Below, piece by piece: positions 1 through 8,664 of a DNA stretch of 64,000 bases. The notes beneath the pieces were generated by a model. The model did not search any database. It saw only the letters and a program-made list of their open reading frames with translations, and was not told the DNA's origin. A program made the translations under genes and the position numbers. Source of the stretch: Cytophagales bacterium (GTDB taxonomy: Bacteria; Bacteroidota; Bacteroidia; Cytophagales; CCMP332); contig JAVJQT010000011.1 in the NCBI GenBank assembly GCA_040218795.1, positions 33,157-97,156 of the forward strand. Reading direction: 5' to 3'. How positions within the stretch are numbered: position 1 is the stretch's first letter; every line of letters starts with the position of its first letter.

Positions 1-2
1 AG

Positions 3-293
3 AATACCATAAAATCCTTGCCTTTTCTTATTCGCGAAGAAGACGTGGCCTTGTATTTCGAGGAGTTCGGTGGAAGTTCCATCAATTTCCGTATCGTTTT
101 CTGGATTAAATACCCCGGACAGAAAGGCTATCTGGATGCAAAAAGCGAAGCCATAATGGCCATACAAGAGGCCTTTAATGAAAATGACATTACGATTCCA
201 TTCCCGATTCGAACTTTGGATTTTGGTATCAAAGGAGGAGAAAAGCTTTCGGAAATGAATCTCCAGCCTCGCGAAGAAGTTTTGAATAATTAA
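3..293 (+). CDS. mechanosensitive ion channel (MscS family), C-terminal fragment truncated by the window start
   Basis: The frame is open from base 3. The tail ...SINFRIVFWIKYPG...ITIPFPIRTLDF resembles the cytoplasmic C-terminal domain of MscS-like channels. Confidence 0.6.
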   Translation, partial: NTIKSLPFLIREEDVALYFEEFGGSSINFRIVFWIKYPGQKGYLDAKSEAIMAIQEAFNENDITIPFPIRTLDFGIKGGEKLSEMNLQPREEVLNN

Positions 294-340
294 TTTTTAA
301 TTGAGACCTTTTGAAAGGAGAGTCATATTGGCTCTCTTTT

Positions 341-943
341 TTAATTATTGGAATTAAGCGCCTCTTTATACATCTCAATGGTATCTATGTCTTTGTGGAT
401 TTCAGACCCATCCATAAGAATTAAACGGTCAATGAATTGTAAAATTAATTTCTTAGCGCCTTCGTCGCCTTTCAAGCGCAAAAGTGAATCATAATAATAG
501 CTGCCAAACAAAGCGGGTACACCATAGCTCTTTTCGTATTGGCTTGCAATCATTATTTTTTCATCGGATCTGAACTTTGTAAGCATTTGATTATAATAAG
601 CAGAATTCACCAAAGGCTGATCGGCCAGGCCTATTAAAATCGCCTCGGGATTTGAGACCTTTAGTATTTCCCCAATACCATAAGCAATGGAAGAACCGAT
701 GCCATTTTGCCATTTTTTATTAATGAAGACATCTACTTTTGATGGCTTGATTTTGCTCAATATAGCTTCCGAATTGGCTCCAAGTACAAGACTAATATTT
801 TTAACATTGGATTGTAAAGCTTCATTTATGGCATGTTCAAGCATTGTGGTATTATTCCATGGCAAAAGCTGTTTGATGCGCCCCATGCGTTTGGATTCTC
901 CCGCGGCCAGAAGCAAGAAATGAATATCCGGGCTCTTTGCCAT
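341..943 (-). CDS. MobA/MocA-like nucleotidyltransferase (molybdenum cofactor cytidylyltransferase-like)
   Basis: N-terminal LLLAAGESKRMGRIKQLLPW matches the NTP_transf_3 glycine-rich motif. It abuts the XdhC gene, which is the usual pairing. Confidence 0.75.
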   Translation of the reverse strand: MAKSPDIHFLLLAAGESKRMGRIKQLLPWNNTTMLEHAINEALQSNVKNISLVLGANSEAILSKIKPSKVDVFINKKWQNGIGSSIAYGIGEILKVSNPEAILIGLADQPLVNSAYYNQMLTKFRSDEKIMIASQYEKSYGVPALFGSYYYDSLLRLKGDEGAKKLILQFIDRLILMDGSEIHKDIDTIEMYKEALNSNN

Positions 944-1969
944 TTATCTGTATTCCAGATTTTGAAAATCTTCGCTTTTGTCACTTAATGAATTGGCCTT
1001 TCTATTTCTTAATGTGGCCAATATTTCGGCCATAATGGAAAGGGCAATTTCCTCAGGACTTATGGACCCGATGTCTAATCCCGCAGGCCCTTTAATTTTT
1101 TCAAGCCAAATGGTTTCTACATCCGGCATATGCAAAATGAACTCATCAAGGAGCTGATTTTTACGCTTTACAGGCCCCAGAATGCCAATATAAAAGGCCT
1201 GACAATTCTTCAAATTTAAAAGGTATTGCAAATCGAGCGCGTAATTGTGCATCATTAATACTATGGCCGTCTGCTGGTCAATGGTTATGGAAGCCAATTC
1301 TTCAGGAGCCAGCTGCAATAATTCATTCGCCCCCGGAAAATCCTTGATGTTTTTTGAATCTTTTATAGAAGTTATTATCGATATCTCCCAATTCAAAGCC
1401 GCAGCCGAGCGGCATAGATGTACTGCATCGTGTTCGCTGCCAAACAGCATTAATCTAGGAATGGGCTTTAATACTTCACTAAAACATTCAAGACCATTGC
1501 GATCAATTGATCCATTCGAGAAAGAATATTGATCCCCAATGTTAAATAAAATCATCGAACCAGCCTGTTTCAGGCTGCATTCTTCTTTTTTGTAAAAAGA
1601 ACGAATAGTAAAATTTTCTCTTTTCTCCAGACAATGGAAAAATGCTTTTATCAATTCTTCGGATGGCTTAAATGGCTCTATCAGGATATACAAAGCCCCT
1701 TCACAACCCAAACGATAGCGCCCATCGTAGCGGATTATTTTGGATGATCCCTTTTCGAATAGTTCCTGCGCTTGTTTTAAAACTTCCTTTTCCACACAGC
1801 CCCCGCTTAATGCGCCGATCATTTTACCATCTTCACGAATAAGCATTCTAACGCCGGGTTTGCGATAGGAGGAGCCATCTAGCGCGACAAGGCTGGCTAC
1901 TAAACAGCTAAGGCCATTTTTATCCGCCTCAATGGCATGGATTAATATCTTTTTAAATTCCTGTGTCAT
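944..1969 (-). CDS. XdhC family molybdo-enzyme maturation protein
   Basis: N-terminal XdhC/CoxI-like region (ASLVALDGSSYRKPGVRMLI) plus a C-terminal Rossmann-like region (LMLFGSEHDAVHLCRSAAALNWEISI). Directly follows the MocA-like gene. Confidence 0.8.
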   Translation of the reverse strand: MTQEFKKILIHAIEADKNGLSCLVASLVALDGSSYRKPGVRMLIREDGKMIGALSGGCVEKEVLKQAQELFEKGSSKIIRYDGRYRLGCEGALYILIEPFKPSEELIKAFFHCLEKRENFTIRSFYKKEECSLKQAGSMILFNIGDQYSFSNGSIDRNGLECFSEVLKPIPRLMLFGSEHDAVHLCRSAAALNWEISIITSIKDSKNIKDFPGANELLQLAPEELASITIDQQTAIVLMMHNYALDLQYLLNLKNCQAFYIGILGPVKRKNQLLDEFILHMPDVETIWLEKIKGPAGLDIGSISPEEIALSIMAEILATLRNRKANSLSDKSEDFQNLEYR

Positions 1970-2148
1970 CTATGGATTATGGCCATGTTTAATTTCACAT
2001 AATTTAGGATTAAAGATAAAATTTATTCGTTTGGATTATGATTTCAAATCAAATGCCCATTTGCTCATGAATTGTGTATTTCTCAATTTCCTCGAATTGC
2101 TTTCTGTCAAATAATTCTAAATTTATCATTCTATAAATCCCTTTCCCC

Positions 2149-3675
2149 ATGAAATCACTCTTGCAAATTTTTCTATGCACTTTGTTTATGTTTCCTGGCT
2201 CTCATTTAAATGCTCAAAATGCATTAAACTTTGATGGTGTCAACGATTTTGTGCAAACTACCTTTCCGGGCGTTCAGGGCTCAAACAACCGGACTTTTGA
2301 AGCCTGGGTCAATGTAGCTCCGGGAGCAGCTGCCTCTAATCTTTGTATATCAGACTATGGTCTGAACGCCGTGGGTTCGAGAAACACATTTTCAGTAGGA
2401 GGGGACCGGAGTTTAAAATTTATATCGGGAGGTACCAATGCCAATATTTCTACTGCGGCCAATGTCATTGTGGAAGGGGAGTGGACGCATGTGGCATTTG
2501 TCCTGAATAATGGAACGGGGTATTTATACAAAAATGGGGTACAGGTGGGTACCGGGCCGCTGACTACGGTAAATACACCCTCGGGAAATCAGAATCTGAT
2601 TATAGGACAAAGAGTCAATGGAGGTTCTATTCCTTTTGAAGGAAGCATTGATGAATTAAGAATTTGGAATGTGGCCAGAACCCCTCAGGAAATTCAGGCC
2701 GATACCATAATGGAACTGTGCACGGGTTCTCCCAATTTGCTCGCTTATTATCGTTTTAACCAGGGACAGGCCAGTGCTAATAACAGCGGAGTCACAACAT
2801 TGATCGAGGATATATCTTCCAATAATGGAACATTGACAGGATTTGCCCTGAATGGCAATACTTCCAATTGGATTTCGGGCAAGGCTTTGAATCCTGCGCC
2901 TGTTGTATTTGCTTTTGATACCATCATTGCTTGCGATTCCTATACTTCAGCCAGTGGCAATAACACCTGGACGGTTTCCGGCAATTATTTGGATACCATC
3001 CCCAATGCGCTTGGCTGTGACACGGCATGGAGAATAAATTTGACCATTTTGGATCAAAGTTCTTCCACCATTACCGAAATCACCTGCGATTCAGTTATAT
3101 CTCCAAGTGGAAATTATGTGTATAATGCTACAGGAACCTATATGGATACCATTCCCAACAATGCGGGATGCGATTCGGTCATTACGATAAATGTGGTCTT
3201 GCAACAAATAAATGATAGTGTGAGCGTCAATGGTAATGTGCTAACGGCCTTACAAAACGGCGCCAATTATCAATGGTATCTCTGTCAGGCGGGGCTTAAT
3301 CCTATATCAGGGGCCAACGCCCAGACATATACCATCAATAGCACCGGTAATTATGCGGTCAGTCTGGAAGTCAATGGCTGCCGCGACAGCTCCGATTGTG
3401 TACTGGCTATTTTTACAGGGCTAAATGGACCTGATTTGAATAAATTGCAAGTTTTTCCCAATCCAAATAAGGGTGAAGTCCAATTCAAGGGCGACTTTGA
3501 AGGCCATTTGAGCATTGTAGATTCAAAAGGAATCAGCGTCTACGAAACCGAATTAAGCCCATCGATGAAATCCATAAGCATTCCCAAGTCCATTCGAAAT
3601 GGTATGTACATTCTTCATTTTCAAAGTGATGATTTTAGTTTGAGACACAAACTATTCTTGCTCAGGGATTTATAA
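2149..3675 (+). CDS. secreted LamG-domain protein with a T9SS C-terminal sorting domain
   Basis: Signal peptide. LamG-type core (ALNFDG..., FEAWV, GSIDELRIWNVARTPQEI). Two roughly 45-aa Cys-containing repeats (CDS...SGNY.DTIPN..GCD). C-terminal LQVFPNPNKGEVQF...LHF, typical of a Por secretion tail. Confidence 0.8.
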   Translation: MKSLLQIFLCTLFMFPGSHLNAQNALNFDGVNDFVQTTFPGVQGSNNRTFEAWVNVAPGAAASNLCISDYGLNAVGSRNTFSVGGDRSLKFISGGTNANISTAANVIVEGEWTHVAFVLNNGTGYLYKNGVQVGTGPLTTVNTPSGNQNLIIGQRVNGGSIPFEGSIDELRIWNVARTPQEIQADTIMELCTGSPNLLAYYRFNQGQASANNSGVTTLIEDISSNNGTLTGFALNGNTSNWISGKALNPAPVVFAFDTIIACDSYTSASGNNTWTVSGNYLDTIPNALGCDTAWRINLTILDQSSSTITEITCDSVISPSGNYVYNATGTYMDTIPNNAGCDSVITINVVLQQINDSVSVNGNVLTALQNGANYQWYLCQAGLNPISGANAQTYTINSTGNYAVSLEVNGCRDSSDCVLAIFTGLNGPDLNKLQVFPNPNKGEVQFKGDFEGHLSIVDSKGISVYETELSPSMKSISIPKSIRNGMYILHFQSDDFSLRHKLFLLRDL

Positions 3676-3875
3676 AGAAACTATCGTGGATTTATATTTA
3701 AACAGGAATTATGAGCCATTCACTTGATGATCCTGAATAATTATGAATTTGACTTTTCTATGCTAAGAATTACTCATATTATTGTAAAGCCCAATTGGGA
3801 AATTATTCAATAATAATGGAGTAAGGAACTGAAGTGCCAATTACTCCGATTTTTAATGACTAAAACAAAGAAAAA

Positions 3876-4511
3876 GTGAAAGCATCATACGACCGATTAT
3901 TTAAAGGAAATGAAGAATGGATAAAAGAGAAACTAAAGCTCGATCCTGAATATTTCAAAAAGCTGGCAAAAGGCCAAACGCCGGAATTCCTTTGGATTGG
4001 TTGCTCTGATAGTAGAGTACCTGCCAATGAAATCACGGGGACTGAGTCTGGTGAAATTTTTGTTCACAGAAATATTGCCAATCAGGTCATCCATTCTGAT
4101 ACCAATATGCTTAGTGTTTTGCAATATGCGGTAGAATACCTTCATGTAAAGCATGTCATTGTATGTGGACATTATGGCTGTGGTGGTGTTAAAGCAGCAA
4201 TGGACACCCAATATGTTGGGCTTGTTGGTCGATGGCTAGCGCACATCAAAGACATTTTCCAGATCAATAAAGCTAAGTTAGATCAGATAAAAGATCCTGA
4301 AGATCGTGAAAAGCGGATGGTTGAGCTTAATGTAATCGAGCAAGTGCACAATCTGGCTAAAACTTCAATTGTTCAAAAAGCCTGGAAAAACAGAGAACTT
4401 GAAATCCATGGCTGGGTTTATTCTCTGGAAGATGGGAAAATTATCGATCTGAAATGCCAATATTCTAACATTGATCAACTGGAGCCTATTTATAGATTTT
4501 CCGGGATATAA
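3876..4511 (+). CDS. beta-class carbonic anhydrase
   Basis: Zinc-ligand motifs CSDSRVP (CxDxR) and HYGCGG (HxxC). GTG start as given by the ORF track. Confidence 0.9.
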   Translation: MKASYDRLFKGNEEWIKEKLKLDPEYFKKLAKGQTPEFLWIGCSDSRVPANEITGTESGEIFVHRNIANQVIHSDTNMLSVLQYAVEYLHVKHVIVCGHYGCGGVKAAMDTQYVGLVGRWLAHIKDIFQINKAKLDQIKDPEDREKRMVELNVIEQVHNLAKTSIVQKAWKNRELEIHGWVYSLEDGKIIDLKCQYSNIDQLEPIYRFSGI

Positions 4512-4536
4512 GTCAATAGCTTTTTTACATAGGAAT

Positions 4537-6786
4537 TTATTCATTAATCGTTAAGACTAAGCCTTTAGCAAAGTTTATTAACTCGGCTATGGCTTTTTCT
4601 TTTTTCTTTCTGTCAAATCGATAGATGATCAATTTGCGGCCATTGCTTTCAAGGTGATAAATTGGGTTTGACTCTATGATTTGCAGTAAGGCAGGATTGA
4701 AAAACCGTCTGACTTCATCTTCTTTCGGACCTTTGAGTAGAAACTTATCAGAAAACACAGGATGATCATCAAAGTCAATATCTCTGCTATTGGCCATATC
4801 TGCTACTTTTTCAAAAAAGCCCTCTTTTTCCAAAGTGAATACGGGCCATGCGACATTATTTTCTTTGGGTTTTATAATCATAGCCGGTAGCAAATTGGTG
4901 GCGGCTTTGGTTCTCAGATCAGTGTCATAAACCACCTCAGAAAAAACGAAACCATAACCTTCAAATGACCCTGAAATAAGATTTTGAGTGTAACTGATTT
5001 TTCCCGATCGGCTAAAACTAAAATCCTTAAAATTATCGAATGACATTGTTTTGCCCAATTCAAAATGCCAATTATTGGATTTAGCCATATCGAGAAGTTT
5101 TAGCTGATGCCTACTTAGTTTTTCAACAATGCCAGACTTAGCATTTTTTACAATTTTTGCTGCCATCGGATGGTCGGAAACCGGTATGAGATGTTCCTTG
5201 TTTGTCATTTCAAGTCTTTTGCCTTCTTTTTCCCATTCATTTTTTAGTTCATTAAGATGGGTTCTAAAGGTATGATCAATCAAATTGACATTCTTAAAAT
5301 CCAGAATAAGATGCCGCTTATCAAAATGGCTTTCTATTTCTTTTTTTAGAGACAAATAATTAGAGAATATGGCCGAGTGATGTAAGTCAATGATGCCCAC
5401 ATCTCCTTTTTCTTCATCCTCATAGTAATTTAATTTGCTGCGAAACAAGTATCTAAGCGGAGCTCCGTGAATCAGGTGAATTATCAGCTTCATCAAAATA
5501 CCAGCGGCAATACCGATAATCAAATCTGTTGCGAGCACCATCAATAGGGTGGTAATAAAAACGAGGAATTGCTCTTTTCCTATTTCCCATACATGCTTAA
5601 ATTCAGTTGGAGCCGCTAATTTGAATCCCACATGTATCAACATTGCTGCCAATGCTGCCAGGGGTATCTGCTCAATGATGGGTTTGCCAAAAAGTAAAAA
5701 GATCAAGAGAAAACCACCGTGAAAGAAATTCGCCCATTGCGTTTTTGCCCCATTAGTGATGTTTGCCGAGCTCCTTACAATCTCAGAGATCATTGGCAAT
5801 CCACCCAGAAACCCGGAAATGGCCGATCCACCTCCCATTGCAGCCATATCTCTATTAAGATTGGACTTTCTTTTTAATGGATCCAGTGTGTCTACGGCAG
5901 ATGCACTAAGCAAAGATTCAATACTTGAAACTAAGGCTATACTTATAACAGCCATCCAAAATGTCCCTGTCCCAATCATTCCAAAATCGGGAAAGACGAT
6001 GCCATCAATAACACTTTCAGGTAGATGTACCAGATATTTTGGTCCTAAGACATAATCATTGCCCACCAGGTTGTAATGATGTTCATGGAAAAGGTCGAAA
6101 AAATGAGCCATCGGGATGGTTACAATAATTACCCACATGGGAGCTGGAATCATTTTGATTGGCTTAAAACTGACCCTGGAATGGCCTATCAGAATAAGCA
6201 GACTGATTATGGCTATTAAAGCGATTTCCGGATTCATATTAATGAAAGCTTCTGGAATTTGAGCAAGCGTATGAAAAAGGCCATGTCCACCACCATCCGC
6301 TTTGGTACCAAGTGCAACAAATAGCTGTTTGACCATGATGATAACACCAATGGCTGCAAGCATACCATGAACCGCTGCGGAAGGGAAAAAGTCTCCAAGT
6401 TTACCCACCTTGAGCAGCCCAAAACCCACCTGAATAAGTCCGGCAACCACAATGGCCGCTAAGGCAAATTTGTAACCCGCAAGTGCATCTCCGGCACCCA
6501 TGGATTCTACCGCGCCAAGTGTAACAACTATCAATCCTGCAGCAGGGCCGCTAATGGTCACATGCGAGCCTGTAATGCGCGACATTAATAGGCCTCCGAC
6601 AATTGCGGCGGTTAGACCGGCCATGGGTGGCACCCCCGAAGCCAATGCAATACCCAAACATAGCGGCAATGCGATAAGCGAGACTATAAAACCGGCAAGG
6701 AGATCGTTTTTCCAGTGGGCTTTTAATCCGACCAGGCCGCTAAGTGCTTTATTATCATTTAAAATATTCATAATGTATTGATTCAA
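4537..6786 (-). CDS. SulP-family anion (bicarbonate/sulfate-type) transporter with STAS domain and an extra C-terminal domain of about 200 aa
   Basis: Polytopic Gly/Ala-rich SulP core, then a STAS-like segment (HLILDFKNVNLIDHTFRTHLNEL), then a long soluble tail that I do not recognise. Confidence 0.85.
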   Translation of the reverse strand: MNQYIMNILNDNKALSGLVGLKAHWKNDLLAGFIVSLIALPLCLGIALASGVPPMAGLTAAIVGGLLMSRITGSHVTISGPAAGLIVVTLGAVESMGAGDALAGYKFALAAIVVAGLIQVGFGLLKVGKLGDFFPSAAVHGMLAAIGVIIMVKQLFVALGTKADGGGHGLFHTLAQIPEAFINMNPEIALIAIISLLILIGHSRVSFKPIKMIPAPMWVIIVTIPMAHFFDLFHEHHYNLVGNDYVLGPKYLVHLPESVIDGIVFPDFGMIGTGTFWMAVISIALVSSIESLLSASAVDTLDPLKRKSNLNRDMAAMGGGSAISGFLGGLPMISEIVRSSANITNGAKTQWANFFHGGFLLIFLLFGKPIIEQIPLAALAAMLIHVGFKLAAPTEFKHVWEIGKEQFLVFITTLLMVLATDLIIGIAAGILMKLIIHLIHGAPLRYLFRSKLNYYEDEEKGDVGIIDLHHSAIFSNYLSLKKEIESHFDKRHLILDFKNVNLIDHTFRTHLNELKNEWEKEGKRLEMTNKEHLIPVSDHPMAAKIVKNAKSGIVEKLSRHQLKLLDMAKSNNWHFELGKTMSFDNFKDFSFSRSGKISYTQNLISGSFEGYGFVFSEVVYDTDLRTKAATNLLPAMIIKPKENNVAWPVFTLEKEGFFEKVADMANSRDIDFDDHPVFSDKFLLKGPKEDEVRRFFNPALLQIIESNPIYHLESNGRKLIIYRFDRKKKEKAIAELINFAKGLVLTINE

Positions 6787-6789
6787 TTG

Positions 6790-8664
6790 TTATGATGAGC
6801 GATGAGCAACAGGATGATAACTTTTTATGTGAGGCCCCAGGAATAGACGTATATAAATCCTAACCGTAGAAAGCCCAATAAAAATGGCTGATAGTGCGAC
6901 AAGCAAAGTCAGGAAAATCTGATTTTCATGAATGTGACTAAATATTAAGTCTTCACCCAAAAAAGTCGGGGTAATTGGAAACCCGGCTAAGCCAAGCGCC
7001 GCCAATAAGAAGATAAATGCCAGCCATTTGTATTCATAGATATGCCCGTAATAGCCATTCAGATCAATATTTATCTCCGATTTTCTCAATCGTTTCAATG
7101 CGGCCAAGCCAATGAGCAATGACAGAACTACCCCGGATAAATAGATTAGCGTATGAGATAAGTTGAAATGTTCATTGAAAGAAATTGCCAATGCGATCCA
7201 GAAATGACTGAAAGCAACCAGGGAAAAACTGTATTCCGGACTTTTTCTCTCAACAAATGATCTCAAGGAAAGGACCAAAGCAATAAGTGCAAGTACATTT
7301 GGGAAAAGTTGAAGGCTGATTTCGGATAAGCCTCCATTAATCAAAACATAAGAAGCCAAGAGATAGGCGGGAACAAGGATAAAAGAAGTTGTTTTGCTAT
7401 TCAGGAAATAAAAAACATTCCCCAGTTTTTTAAATGGATTCCACAAAAACCTGAATTGATAGGTGTCCAGATTCCATTCCTTCACGCTGAAAACATAGAT
7501 TGAGTTGAAAAGCTTTCTCAAAAATCCACTTCGCTTAGTTTCCTTTGGAAGCTCCGTATAAAACTGCTCCCGAATAAGATAAGTAACCGTGGATGGCGAT
7601 ACCAATAACTGATAGGTCCGCAAAAATGCATTACCGGTAAAGTGTATTAAGGCTACAAGTTCAAGGCCTAAAGCAATCTCAATAAAAATCAGCCCGATCT
7701 GAGCAATGGAAGAATAAGCAATCTGTGATTTGACTGTGGATTGCGCATTTCCTATAAATGTTGCTATAATACTGCTAAGCAAACCGGCAATTCCCACAAT
7801 CCACCTAAAAACTTCCTGATGCTCCCATAAAGGAAATGTTCTGAGCAAAAAGAAAACGCCAATATGTACCGAAAGCGAACTATAAAAAATAGCACTGGAA
7901 GGAGTGGGGCCTTCCATGGCTCTTGGCAACCAGGACGAAAAAGGAAACTGCGCAGACTTCACGTTTGCGGAGAGCAATATCATCGACGAAATGAATAAAC
8001 ACATGCCATAGTGACTTTGCACCTCGGCATCGACCAACTCATAGTTGTTAAGTTCAAGGAAGGTCACGTTGTGATGCCAAAGGTGATGACTCATCCACAT
8101 CGCAAGGATCATGGCTATATCGCTTACCCGGTAAACCGAAAACACCTTAAATGCATTACGAACAGGAAGGTACCTATCCCGATAAAAGGCAATAAGAAGG
8201 AAGGACGATAATCCCATTACTTCCCATCCGATAAACAGCGTCTCAAAATTTCCCGAAAGGATAATGATGTTGTAGCCCAGATAGAAAAAGAGGATGGTAT
8301 TGAAAAACCGTTTGTAGCCTTCTTCTCTGTGTAAATAGTAGCGGCTGTATAAAGTGATTAGGAAAGTAAGAATTGATCCCACTACAAGAAAAACAGCCGT
8401 GACCCGATCAAAGTAAAAATCTACAAAGTATTCATAGCCCGGCATGCTATATATCATGAATTCCTTGATATTAAGCGCTTTTCCTCCCGAAATGGCCCAG
8501 TAAAATGTAAATGCGAGGGCCAATATATTTTGTATACCGGCGGTGCCAAAAGCCACTCTCGAATGAAGTACTTCATTTTTTTTGTGAACGACTACACTCA
8601 GCAAAAACCCAAGAAATGGGATAATCAGGAATATTGGCAATATGCTATTCAACATTTCACGCAT
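6790..8664 (-). CDS. dabB: DabB, NuoL/MrpA-like proton-conducting membrane subunit of a DAB inorganic-carbon pump
   Basis: Highly hydrophobic Proton_antipo_M-type protein (...GWEVMGLSSFLLI..., ...AQFPFSSWLPRAMEGPTPSSA...). Its start overlaps the end of the DUF2309 gene by 16 bp. Confidence 0.85.
   Translation of the reverse strand: MREMLNSILPIFLIIPFLGFLLSVVVHKKNEVLHSRVAFGTAGIQNILALAFTFYWAISGGKALNIKEFMIYSMPGYEYFVDFYFDRVTAVFLVVGSILTFLITLYSRYYLHREEGYKRFFNTILFFYLGYNIIILSGNFETLFIGWEVMGLSSFLLIAFYRDRYLPVRNAFKVFSVYRVSDIAMILAMWMSHHLWHHNVTFLELNNYELVDAEVQSHYGMCLFISSMILLSANVKSAQFPFSSWLPRAMEGPTPSSAIFYSSLSVHIGVFFLLRTFPLWEHQEVFRWIVGIAGLLSSIIATFIGNAQSTVKSQIAYSSIAQIGLIFIEIALGLELVALIHFTGNAFLRTYQLLVSPSTVTYLIREQFYTELPKETKRSGFLRKLFNSIYVFSVKEWNLDTYQFRFLWNPFKKLGNVFYFLNSKTTSFILVPAYLLASYVLINGGLSEISLQLFPNVLALIALVLSLRSFVERKSPEYSFSLVAFSHFWIALAISFNEHFNLSHTLIYLSGVVLSLLIGLAALKRLRKSEINIDLNGYYGHIYEYKWLAFIFLLAALGLAGFPITPTFLGEDLIFSHIHENQIFLTLLVALSAIFIGLSTVRIYIRLFLGPHIKSYHPVAHRSS

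Noticed and set aside
317-342. Possible bidirectional terminator between the MscS fragment and the MocA-like gene
   Set aside because: It has only a 5-bp stem (GAGAG/CTCTC) with a 9-nt loop, which is too weak to call.
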